DNA from: a virus
Taxonomy: Duplodnaviria; Caudoviricetes
Reading direction: 5' to 3' (one strand)
DNA length: 64,000 nt
IMG/VR virus record: IMGVR_UViG_3300027751_000004
Coordinates: 56,034 to 120,033 of that record
Shown: positions 9,285 through 17,686 of the stretch, piece after piece
How the letters are laid out: every line of letters begins with the position of its first letter
Numbering within the stretch: position 1 is the stretch's first letter
Translations under genes and position numbers: made by a program
The notes under the pieces: generated by a model
The model's database searches: none
What the model was told of the DNA's origin: nothing
What the model saw: only the letters and a program-made list of their open reading frames with translations

Positions 9285-10345
9285 TACATAAGTTCCATAT
9301 TTTGTGCTTCAACATATAAACCGTGAACAATATCTTTTATCTTATCTTTGCTCAGCTCAGTATCAACTGCATCAACATATGTATTAAGCATATCTTGAGT
9401 GTCTTCAACGTCTACTTCAGAGTCTTCAATAGCTTCTCCCGCAAACTCTTCAAAGGTCTCAGCAATCTTTACCTCATAGGTATCAATAGCTTGTAGTCTG
9501 TCGATGAATCGGTCAAAGGTAAATGGGTCTTTCTTTTTCTTCACAATAACCTTAACAAAGTTATTAGCCAACTTATCTACGTCAAAGTCGGAGTAGCTTC
9601 TATCCGTATCATCATAATATATGCGAGAGAATATAGTTATAGGGTTCAATACTGGTGTTAACTCACGAGTCTCAGTATCAAATATGTGAAAGTATTTAGG
9701 ATCGTTAACATCAGTCCAAGTAAACTCCATCTGAGAACCAAGATAATGGATATTATCCTGTTGAGATTTAGTATGGAAATGACCAGACATAACCATCTCA
9801 AAACGTTTGAAGTGATCGCTAGACATACCATGTGGATTAGGAAACCCTTTATGCATATCAAAGCCAGCCAACTCGAAATGACCACCCACAATAGAAGCGG
9901 AACAGTTTTCGATAAACTTCATCGTAGAATGATAATTGTCGTTATTGATCCAAGGTATGACCGCTATTCCACAACCGTCATAATCTAGAACCTTTGGCTC
10001 CATATGAATATCTACTTCATTCATGTAGTGCCCGAGCAACTCTTTCAAACTATTCAACTCGTTAGTATTCTTGAAGAACACGTCATGGTTTCCTGGAATA
10101 ATGTCCATATGGATACCCTCTTTGCGGAGTACCTCTAGGAAACTATTGCGGTTAGAGTTAAGTGCTTTGAAGTTAATATACTTGCGATGGTCATAGTAAT
10201 CGCCCAAATGCAAGATGTTGCTTATACCATTTTCTTTTAGGTATGGAAAGAAAACCTCTGAGTAGAAGCGTTCTTGGTAGTTAATGAATATGTCAGACGA
10301 GTTACGGACACCGCAATGGGTATCGTTCAATATAGCAATCTTCAT
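9284..10345 (-). CDS. gp47: Recombination endonuclease nuclease subunit (Mre11/SbcD-like)
   Basis: DTH, LGD, GNHD and SGHFH metallophosphoesterase motifs; adjacent to gp46. Confidence 0.96.
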   Translation of the reverse strand: MKIAILNDTHCGVRNSSDIFINYQERFYSEVFFPYLKENGISNILHLGDYYDHRKYINFKALNSNRNSFLEVLRKEGIHMDIIPGNHDVFFKNTNELNSLKELLGHYMNEVDIHMEPKVLDYDGCGIAVIPWINNDNYHSTMKFIENCSASIVGGHFELAGFDMHKGFPNPHGMSSDHFKRFEMVMSGHFHTKSQQDNIHYLGSQMEFTWTDVNDPKYFHIFDTETRELTPVLNPITIFSRIYYDDTDRSYSDFDVDKLANNFVKVIVKKKKDPFTFDRFIDRLQAIDTYEVKIAETFEEFAGEAIEDSEVDVEDTQDMLNTYVDAVDTELSKDKIKDIVHGLYVEAQNMELM

Positions 10346-10348
10346 AAT

Positions 10349-10930
10349 TTATCCCATAAACAGTTCAAGGTTTTTGTCTTGCTTCTTCTTGGTTATCTTC
10401 TCTTGTTTGCTGAACTCTTTTAGGACACGGTCAGAATCTCTAACCTTATCGATACGACTGCGGAGTTCTTCGATAAATCCATTATCACCTATGTCTTCTC
10501 CAGATGCATCATGCTGAACAATAAACTCCTCAAAGGACGCTTGCTCAATAAACCTCATTTTAACATCAAACTGTTTCTTCTCTTTCTGGATACGTCTTAT
10601 GAAAGCATAATAGCATATCTGAGTAAAGTACGCAAACGCATTAGGATTACCAGTACGAGTGGCTGTTTCTATATTGTAATTCATGATAGCTTTCAGGCAG
10701 TTTTCTACAGCATCCATAACCATTTCTTCCCGATAGGTATATCGAATGAAGTTAGGTTTATGCGATAGACCTTCAGATATTTTTAAGAAACATGTGGCGA
10801 TATATTCGGTTACGATGGGGTTTGTTTCGCCCCTTTCCTGCGCCTGCTTGACAGAATTGACGTAATCGACTACAGACTGCGAGAACAATTTATTGTTCAC
10901 ATAATGAGGCTTGTTGGCAGGTTTAGTCAT
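10349..10930 (-). CDS. gp55: Late-transcription sigma factor
   Basis: HYVNNK, KISEGLS.KPNF..YTY.EEMV.D, NAFAYFTQICYYAF.RRI.KEK. Confidence 0.95.
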   Translation of the reverse strand: MTKPANKPHYVNNKLFSQSVVDYVNSVKQAQERGETNPIVTEYIATCFLKISEGLSHKPNFIRYTYREEMVMDAVENCLKAIMNYNIETATRTGNPNAFAYFTQICYYAFIRRIQKEKKQFDVKMRFIEQASFEEFIVQHDASGEDIGDNGFIEELRSRIDKVRDSDRVLKEFSKQEKITKKKQDKNLELFMG

Positions 10931-10962
10931 TATAATCTTTCCATTTTAAGTTTGATAAGCAT

Positions 10963-10991
10963 ATTATACTACATTATCGCTCAAAAGTAAA
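10963..10991 (-). promoter_or_regulatory. Early-type sigma70 promoter for gp55-gp47-gp46
   Basis: TTTACT-N17-TATAAT. Confidence 0.85.
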
Positions 10992-11026
10992 GTATTAATT
11001 TAATTTAATTTATTTGAAGAAAAGGC

Positions 11027-11078
11027 TTTACTTTTTGTCATTTTTATAGTATAATATAAGAGTTGTTCGGGGGAGGGT
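11027..11078 (+). promoter_or_regulatory. Orphan early-type promoter followed by a G-rich box, antisense to the uvsW operon
   Basis: TTTACT(11027-32)-N17-TATAAT(11050-55), then GGGGGAGGGT (11069-78); no credible plus-strand ORF follows. Confidence 0.75.
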
Positions 11079-11088
11079 GAGTATACCT

Positions 11089-11475
11089 TTAATGTAGTGT
11101 CGATTTAGGGTCGATATCAGTTTCCCATTCATCATCATACTCATCATCTGTTTCTGGCGAAGCCAGATCATCGTCGGGATAGACCTCACGGAGACGCAAG
11201 GCAGTAGCGATGTATTTCTCTTTAGTATTTTCGCTGGCTTTGCAAGTAGCGATTACTGTATCTGCGTTTATGAATACTGTTAATGAATCAGGCTGAACAG
11301 TGAACCAAGGAGTCATGAAGATCCTTTGCATCCTATCCTCGTTATAGATGTTCATAAGCAGAGGGGATTCAACTATGTATCCATGATCTTCCATACCTCT
11401 TATATAGCCAATCACCTCATTCCCATCTATGAGTTTAAAGTGCCTGATATCAACTTCGTCTATTTCGAATTTCAA
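11089..11475 (-). CDS. Hypothetical protein downstream of uvsW (possible Sm-like fold, acidic tail)
   Basis: FKL..G.EVI...P.......PW pattern; TTG start overlaps the uvsW stop. Confidence 0.7.
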   Translation of the reverse strand: MKFEIDEVDIRHFKLIDGNEVIGYIRGMEDHGYIVESPLLMNIYNEDRMQRIFMTPWFTVQPDSLTVFINADTVIATCKASENTKEKYIATALRLREVYPDDDLASPETDDEYDDEWETDIDPKSTLH

Positions 11476-12977
11476 ATTTCTAGCTCATATATTTTGTAAT
11501 CAAATTTCTCTTTCGAGTATATCTTTATACGTTCTGCAGCGTGATTTAGAGTATAATTCTTACGATTTTTATGATGTAAATCATCCGCTATATCGTACAA
11601 GTTCGTTTCTCGCCCATCGTCAGATTTTCTTAGCCCACGACCAATAGACTGCAACACTTTAACCTGAGACTTTGACGGAGAGGCAAATACAATATTATGT
11701 ATATTCCTTATATTAACCCCCGTAGAGAAAGTCCCTAGAGAAGCAACCACGATAGCATTCTTTTCTCTTTCTGTGATTTGCCTTACCATTTCCCTATCAT
11801 CTACATCAGTTTGCCCAGATACAAAGAAGATCTTACGATTCTTATGAGCACCCTCTTTAATAATATTGTAAAGTGGCTTGCCGTGTTTCTCTACTAGGTT
11901 GAATAGAACTAGCGTGTTACCATCTTGGTCTAGTGCTAGGTTCTTTATAAATGTATTGCGTTTCTCATTACTTACAATGAAATCTATTTCTTCCTGATAC
12001 TTAGCTTTCTTCATCTGAAAACATACTTCAGCTGGATACTTTAGTAATAGGACATTTATCTTTAATTCTGATAATGCCCCAGAGTCCATAAGGTTCTTTG
12101 TATTGGTAACTCGATAAACTGGACCGAAGTGTCCTTCTAGAACCAAACGGTGAGTTTGAGTGCCGTCAAGAGTACCAGTGGTTCCAATACGGAACTCAGC
12201 ATCCCTAAGTTTACCCATAATTGTACCAAGTGACTTTGCTTTAAAGTTATGCGCTTCATCTCCAACTACTGCTCCAAATTGTTCAAACCAAGTTGCAGGC
12301 AGTTTATAGATTGACTGCCATGTTGTTATAGTAACTCTCTTATCAGAGCTCTTTTCCTTACCAGAATAGATCTTATGTATCTCGTCTACGGCATTAAAGT
12401 ATTCGTCGTATTCGGAATAGTCCGCAAAGTCAGAAGCCATTTGCTCTACCAAAGAAGTGGTAGGAACTACAATAAGAAAGTTTTTATCTCTATTATGTAG
12501 GAAGTATCTCATTATGGCATATATGATAAGAGACTTACCAGATGCGGTTGGAGATAGCAAAAGAGCATTCTTGTTTTCTAGCCCATGACGGATCGCTGTA
12601 AGCTGATAGTCTCTGGGTTTAATCTTATTGCCCCCAGACGTGAGGTTCATACTATTGATAAAGGAGTTGAAATCTCCCTCGTCAATAGGAACTTCTGTAT
12701 CAGGTCTACCGTACCAAGCATCTTGCTCTACAAATAGATCGTAATCCCTAGCACCTACAAATTCTTTTAGGTATTTGAATAGACCTATGGGCAACTCTTT
12801 CTTTCTTGAATCATATAACCGTATCTTCCCATCCCACATCTTATTCTTGAACGCAGGCATAAACTGATACCCTGGAACAAGGAAGCAAAAGAAATCGCTC
12901 AGTTCGTTCTCAATTGAAGGATCTGTTATAACGCTGAGGAATGCGTGGTTCTTTTTCTTTACGGTTAGAGAATTCAT
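11472..12977 (-). CDS. uvsW: SF2 RNA-DNA/DNA helicase UvsW
   Basis: WDGKIRL, PRDYQ, SPTASGKS, DEAH, TGT, QSIGRGLR. Confidence 0.96.
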   Translation of the reverse strand: MNSLTVKKKNHAFLSVITDPSIENELSDFFCFLVPGYQFMPAFKNKMWDGKIRLYDSRKKELPIGLFKYLKEFVGARDYDLFVEQDAWYGRPDTEVPIDEGDFNSFINSMNLTSGGNKIKPRDYQLTAIRHGLENKNALLLSPTASGKSLIIYAIMRYFLHNRDKNFLIVVPTTSLVEQMASDFADYSEYDEYFNAVDEIHKIYSGKEKSSDKRVTITTWQSIYKLPATWFEQFGAVVGDEAHNFKAKSLGTIMGKLRDAEFRIGTTGTLDGTQTHRLVLEGHFGPVYRVTNTKNLMDSGALSELKINVLLLKYPAEVCFQMKKAKYQEEIDFIVSNEKRNTFIKNLALDQDGNTLVLFNLVEKHGKPLYNIIKEGAHKNRKIFFVSGQTDVDDREMVRQITEREKNAIVVASLGTFSTGVNIRNIHNIVFASPSKSQVKVLQSIGRGLRKSDDGRETNLYDIADDLHHKNRKNYTLNHAAERIKIYSKEKFDYKIYELEI

Positions 12978-13423
12978 TATGCACCGTTAGTAAATCTGTG
13001 CCAGTCTATCATATTCTTAATTGTAGAATGGCGCCATCTGAGATTATTGATTATCTCTTCAAGGGTTTCTATTATAGCCTGAGCCAGATCGATCTTTGCA
13101 TTTAGCTTTTGCATGTCTGGGTCAGAACGGTAGAAGTAATCCATATCACCCTTCAAGACTCTCAACCCATTTGTAGGGTCTGGATCCCAACCAAGTTTAC
13201 GAACTTGATCAACGTCCATCTTTCCTGAGTAGTATAGCCACTTATTCTTGAACATAACATCTAGCTGACTCTCGAGATACTTCTTCTCAAGTTTGCTTTT
13301 GGTCATCATTTCAAGATATTTTGCGTGTAGGTTTGGGGTAACTCTAGAAGATTCGTCTAGCTTTAAACGATCTATCTCCGAGTCAGTTTTCCACATGTCC
13401 ATAATTTCTTCAATATTGTACAT
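12977..13423 (-). CDS. uvsY: Recombination mediator UvsY
   Basis: LHAKYL, KWLYYSGK, IKNMIDW.RF..G; position between gp3 and uvsW. Confidence 0.9.
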   Translation of the reverse strand: MYNIEEIMDMWKTDSEIDRLKLDESSRVTPNLHAKYLEMMTKSKLEKKYLESQLDVMFKNKWLYYSGKMDVDQVRKLGWDPDPTNGLRVLKGDMDYFYRSDPDMQKLNAKIDLAQAIIETLEEIINNLRWRHSTIKNMIDWHRFTNGA

Positions 13424-13443
13424 AATATACCTTGTATCAGTGT

Positions 13444-13911
13444 TTATTCAATAGTCATATCCGAGAAAGAAAATACCACATCTGCAGTTATATAGGAGAC
13501 TTCAGTAGCACCTGCATCAAACTCAAGTCCGCCAATAGAAGTTGGTATTGCGTTCTTGAAAGTGAATGTTCTATTCTCATTATTGTGGCTCGTCATAACC
13601 ATTAATGTTATATCGCTAAACTGATCACCTAGAAGAGACTGGTCCATCACTGAAGCATTAATCCAATCAAAGATTTCTTTGTAGGATTTCATATCTTCGT
13701 CGACTATTAGTTTAACTGATAAATCTTCAAAAGTCAACTTATCTCCGTAGATATTCATATTCCTTTGAGACAAGTTTGCCGTTGTAACCCCAGAAGATAC
13801 TGCTGGGACTGATACGCCAGTAGCAAAAAACTCTAGGTTCGGAAACTTCTGCAGAACCAATTTGAATGATACTGGAGATAAAGAATTGATATTTTCGGGG
13901 ATAGCTGCCAT
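13444..13911 (-). CDS. gp3: Tail tube terminator / tail completion protein
   Basis: LSPVSF, GDKLTFEDL...IVDEDM..Y.EI.DW; follows gp23. Confidence 0.85.
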   Translation of the reverse strand: MAAIPENINSLSPVSFKLVLQKFPNLEFFATGVSVPAVSSGVTTANLSQRNMNIYGDKLTFEDLSVKLIVDEDMKSYKEIFDWINASVMDQSLLGDQFSDITLMVMTSHNNENRTFTFKNAIPTSIGGLEFDAGATEVSYITADVVFSFSDMTIE

Positions 13912-13939
13912 TGTAATATACCTTTACTTATTGTAACTC

Positions 13940-13947
13940 TATTTATA
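13940..13947 (-). promoter_or_regulatory. T4-type late promoter (gp3)
   Basis: TATAAATA on the minus strand just past the gp23 terminator. Confidence 0.85.
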
Positions 13948-13951
13948 AGGC

Positions 13952-13978
13952 AAAAAAAGAGGGAGCCGAAGCTCCCTC
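13952..13978 (-). terminator. Intrinsic terminator after gp23
   Basis: GAGGGAGC-UUCG-GCUCCCUC followed by U7. Confidence 0.93.
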
Positions 13979-14002
13979 AAAACTAACAATATTTCGTTAT
14001 GT

Positions 14003-15400
14003 TTATTCTCCAGCAGCACCAATAACGTTTGACACACCGAAGATACGGAAGTAACCATTCGAACGGTTAGTACCAACAGTACCAACACCAGAGTCATTTT
14101 GGCCAGTAACGAATGGGTTAGCAACCATGCCATAACGAGTCTTAAAGCCGATTTTCGGTTGGAAAGTATTCTCGCCAACTGCTTTAACCATAGTTAATGG
14201 TACATATGGGCAGTAGAATAGACCTGCGTCATATGGGTTAGAACCACGATAGCCAACAGTTACATAGTTAACAGTTGCATATGGATCGATGTATACTTTC
14301 ATACGACCGTTAAGTACACCAGCAAAAGTATTACCAGTATCGTCTACTTGTAGGTTAGTAGAAAGAGCAGGCGTATAGTCTAAAAGACCAGAAGCAGCAA
14401 GAGCAGAAGCAACATCTGATGAACAGATGATGAAGTTACCTTTACCACGACGAGTGTCTTTAGCGATAGCATTAGCTTCAATTTCGATCTTCATGATCAA
14501 AGACTTATACTTCTCTACAGACCAACGACCATCAGTAGCGTCTAGGTCGAAGTGACCATTAGTAACAGCACCAGCAGCTCCACCAGTTGCAGTACCAGCC
14601 TGTTTAGTAGCTAGTTTTGCTTTAATGTTGATAGTACGGATAACTTCACGGTTCACTTCAGCTAGGATCTCAGCAGAAAGAATGTTAGCCAACTCAGTCT
14701 CAGCGTCTAGACCGTGTACAGCTTTAAGGTCTTGAGCCAATTCCATAGTGTACTCAGCTTTCAACTGACGGCTAGTAGCAGTTACAGAAGTACGATCAAT
14801 TGAGAACGCCATTTCACCAAAGGTAGAACCTTCACCAGCAGCAGTTGTCATACCAGTACCAATGCCAAAAGCAGCATCTAGATCGATATTGCCGTCAACA
14901 GCATCAAGAACATCGTCATCGTCACTATCAACCTGTAGATTGTCGTTACCGAAAGCAGGATCTAGGCTTGAAGAGTTACCATCGTGAGCTCGGGCGGTGC
15001 CAAGGTTAGTACCAGTACCAGTACCAGAGAAGTCTGTTTTAGCTTCGTCGAATAGAGCTTCAGAGCGAGAAGCGTCGCCAGCAACATATTCTGATTTCAT
15101 TGCAAAGATAAGACCAGTAGGACCAGACATAGGCTGAACACCAGCAATATCATAAGCAATTAGGTTAGGCATAGCACGACGTACTAGCGAGATTAATACT
15201 GGATCAAAATTATCTACTTGACCAGCTACGTTTGACTCAGTCATAAAGCCTTGTTGAGCTTTTTGCTCTTGTAATGCTTTCTCAGTGTTCTCAAGTAGAG
15301 CAGCAGTTACAGCTTTACGATAGTTATCTTTGATTGGTGCAGCAGCTTCTGCGTCCAATACTGGAGACCATTTCTCCGTTAATTTTTCAGATCCGAACAT
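14003..15400 (-). CDS. gp23: Major capsid protein
   Basis: FDPVLISLVRRAMPNLIA.DI.GVQPM.GPTG, LKAEYTMELAQDLKAVHGLDAE, YCPYVPL, FQPKIGFKTRYG. Confidence 0.98.
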   Translation of the reverse strand: MFGSEKLTEKWSPVLDAEAAAPIKDNYRKAVTAALLENTEKALQEQKAQQGFMTESNVAGQVDNFDPVLISLVRRAMPNLIAYDIAGVQPMSGPTGLIFAMKSEYVAGDASRSEALFDEAKTDFSGTGTGTNLGTARAHDGNSSSLDPAFGNDNLQVDSDDDDVLDAVDGNIDLDAAFGIGTGMTTAAGEGSTFGEMAFSIDRTSVTATSRQLKAEYTMELAQDLKAVHGLDAETELANILSAEILAEVNREVIRTINIKAKLATKQAGTATGGAAGAVTNGHFDLDATDGRWSVEKYKSLIMKIEIEANAIAKDTRRGKGNFIICSSDVASALAASGLLDYTPALSTNLQVDDTGNTFAGVLNGRMKVYIDPYATVNYVTVGYRGSNPYDAGLFYCPYVPLTMVKAVGENTFQPKIGFKTRYGMVANPFVTGQNDSGVGTVGTNRSNGYFRIFGVSNVIGAAGE

Positions 15401-15418
15401 TTTATGTTCTCCTTAAAT

Positions 15419-16558
15419 TTAAATTGTTTTTGAAAGTGCGTTCAAGTAGGCTTGCATAGCAGGCGAACTTGTTTTTTGTTCAGAAGATTCTTGAACTTCT
15501 TCTTTGGTGTCAGTGCCAGTAGCTTTAAAGTAAGATTCTTTAAGAGTAGCAACTTTAGCTACAAAAGATTCTTGACTTTCGTACTCTACGCCTTCAGCCA
15601 AAGTGCGAAGTTTTTCCACTTCAGTTTCTGCCATTCCAACAGTCGCTTCACGAATGATTTCTTCACGACGGAAATCGGAAACTTTCTCAGCTAGATCGAT
15701 ATTGTCACCAACAGTTTTGTTAAGTTGCTCTTCGAGTTCCTCAACTTTACCAGCTAGTTCGTCTACCATATCTACCTTAGACTCAGGTACTTCAATGTAG
15801 TTTTCTACAAACAGTGATTGTAATGAATCAATAAAGTTTTCAGCAATCTCGGTACGAAGACCGTTAGTAACCGCAACTTCATTGGTTTCCATCCACTGCT
15901 CAACAACATAATTGAGGTATCCGTCAACTTTCTCTACAATCTCGCCACGAGCTGATTCACTTTCTTCAGCAAGTTTTTCGGCATAAGATTCTTCGAGACG
16001 TTGTACTTCCGCAGTAACTTTAGTTTTAACAGCAGCTTCGAAGATAACAGCAGCTTTGTCTTTAAAGCCTTCAGCTAATGCTTCTTCACCGTCAACCAAT
16101 GCATCTAGGTCTTCGGAGAAATCAACATTAAGTTCCAACTCTGCAGATTCAGCAACTTCTTCGACAGCTTCTTCAGATTCTTCAGCAATTACCTTATTAT
16201 AGGCAGTTGTCAAGTCGTCTTTGCTCATCTCAGACATTTTTTCGTAAATGGCTTTAATCATACCAGCTTTAGTGCTAGGCATGTCTACATCTTCTTTAGC
16301 CATTTTCTTTTTCTTACTGGATTCAGACTTCTCTTCGTCGCCTTCATCTTCGTCTTCGTCTTCGACTTCGCTTTCTTCGTCATCTACTTCGACTTCAGCT
16401 TCGTCGTCAGATTCTTCATCTGTCTTCTTAGCTTCTTTCTTAGCAGACGCTTCAACTAGCTCCTCGTCAACTTCAACGTCTTCAACTAAACCTTCTAGTT
16501 GTTCCTCAGTAATGTCTTCGATAAGATCAACTTCTTGATCTACGATTTGATCAGACAT
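15419..16558 (-). CDS. gp22: Prohead core scaffold protein
   Basis: Very acidic; F..KA..IFEAAV, KVDGYLNYVVEQWM; between gp21 and gp23. Confidence 0.92.
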   Translation of the reverse strand: MSDQIVDQEVDLIEDITEEQLEGLVEDVEVDEELVEASAKKEAKKTDEESDDEAEVEVDDEESEVEDEDEDEGDEEKSESSKKKKMAKEDVDMPSTKAGMIKAIYEKMSEMSKDDLTTAYNKVIAEESEEAVEEVAESAELELNVDFSEDLDALVDGEEALAEGFKDKAAVIFEAAVKTKVTAEVQRLEESYAEKLAEESESARGEIVEKVDGYLNYVVEQWMETNEVAVTNGLRTEIAENFIDSLQSLFVENYIEVPESKVDMVDELAGKVEELEEQLNKTVGDNIDLAEKVSDFRREEIIREATVGMAETEVEKLRTLAEGVEYESQESFVAKVATLKESYFKATGTDTKEEVQESSEQKTSSPAMQAYLNALSKTI

Positions 16559-16578
16559 ATTTCACTCCTTACAAAGTG

Positions 16579-17223
16579 TTAAAGTTTCGAGAGGAAATCT
16601 TGCCACACACGAGTTTGGGCTTCAGCCAAATCCGCTTTAGATGCGCTCTTGATTTCAGTCTCATACTTTTCAATTTCTTGAGCTTTTAGGATACCATTAT
16701 CCCAAACCCAGTCTACTCCTTCCATGATGCCATTTACAAAGGCTTCAGGAGCAGAGGGGTCTTGCACGATATCTACGGTAGAAAGGACAAAATCCTCTTT
16801 AACGTACATTGCGCCCTTACGACGCTCAAGACTTCCCATACCACGACTTGAAACGCCTAACTGACATCCACCTTCAACCAAACCTTTTACGATTTGACCC
16901 ATAGGAGTATTCAGTATCAACGCCTTTCCTACCACATTACTTCCTTCCATGCGGAGTTCGGTAATACGATGCGAAACTTTGTCAAGGTTTACAGTTGGAC
17001 CATCTGGATGGTTCAATTCACCAACTGCTCTACCTTTTGAAACTTGCTCACTAACATACTTCTCTACGGCAGGTTTTAACACCCTTGATTCGTAGATACG
17101 ACCATTGCGGTTTTTTTGATCAGCCTGCATAAACACGCCTTCAATATAAACCTCTTTCTCACCTTTAGCGTTTGCTTCGGTGATATATTCTAGTTTCTCT
17201 GTATGTTCTGTGATTAGCTTCAT
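16579..17223 (-). CDS. gp21: Prohead protease
   Basis: MKLITE, IEGVFMQ, NRNGRIY, GELNHP, GVSSRGMGS, DPSAP.AFV. Confidence 0.96.
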   Translation of the reverse strand: MKLITEHTEKLEYITEANAKGEKEVYIEGVFMQADQKNRNGRIYESRVLKPAVEKYVSEQVSKGRAVGELNHPDGPTVNLDKVSHRITELRMEGSNVVGKALILNTPMGQIVKGLVEGGCQLGVSSRGMGSLERRKGAMYVKEDFVLSTVDIVQDPSAPEAFVNGIMEGVDWVWDNGILKAQEIEKYETEIKSASKADLAEAQTRVWQDFLSKL

Positions 17224-17225
17224 AT

Positions 17226-17465
17226 CTATTTGTCCATTAACTTGGCGAAATCGTTTGCAGCTTTCATTGCATCTTTCTCGCTTCTAAACTTATCAAGTTC
17301 GGTGTCGTTAATATAGACAACAAACTTGGAACCTTTTTTAGCTAGGATAGCAGGAGACTTAGATTTACCAACCGTGAACTCTTTTACTTTTTTCTCGCCA
17401 GCTGGAAGTTTAAACTTCTTCGCTTCCGACAGGTTCGTTCTCAGCTGTTTGAACGTTAAGCTCAT
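17226..17465 (-). CDS. Small basic prohead core protein (gp68 position)
   Basis: AGGAG RBS fits ATG at 17465; sits between the gp67-like gene and gp21. Confidence 0.65.
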   Translation of the reverse strand: MSLTFKQLRTNLSEAKKFKLPAGEKKVKEFTVGKSKSPAILAKKGSKFVVYINDTELDKFRSEKDAMKAANDFAKLMDK

Positions 17466-17646
17466 TTGCATCTCCTATTTCTGTTTGGGGTTGCTCTTGC
17501 GCAGTATATAAACTCTGAGCAACTTCTACTCTTCTGACATCTAATGCGTCAGACACTTTATCCGCCATAATCGAGTCAAAAGTTTTGCTCGCTACAGACA
17601 TGTCTTCGCCTTTTAATGCGTCTATTAAAGAATTAATATCAGACAT
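17410..17646 (-). CDS. Small acidic prohead core protein (gp67-like)
   Basis: LIDAL......A...F...M..K...AL...R.E.A..L pattern; follows portal and a late promoter. Confidence 0.72.
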   Translation of the reverse strand: MSDINSLIDALKGEDMSVASKTFDSIMADKVSDALDVRRVEVAQSLYTAQEQPQTEIGDANELNVQTAENEPVGSEEV

Positions 17647-17665
17647 TATTCACCTCATTTGCTAT

Positions 17666-17673
17666 TATTTATA
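17666..17673 (-). promoter_or_regulatory. T4-type late promoter (head operon)
   Basis: TATAAATA between portal and the gp67-like gene. Confidence 0.85.
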
Positions 17674-17686
17674 ATAAAAAGAATCT

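Noticed and set aside
13939-14178. 79-aa ORF overlapping the gp23 3' end
   Set aside because: Runs through the gp23 terminator and the gp3 promoter; no RBS or motif support
16248-16538. Plus-strand Ser-rich ORF and similar antisense ORFs (e.g. 51918..52385, 55100..55576, 49851..50270)
   Set aside because: Shadow frames of biased minus-strand genes, with no RBS/promoter support or recognisable motifs
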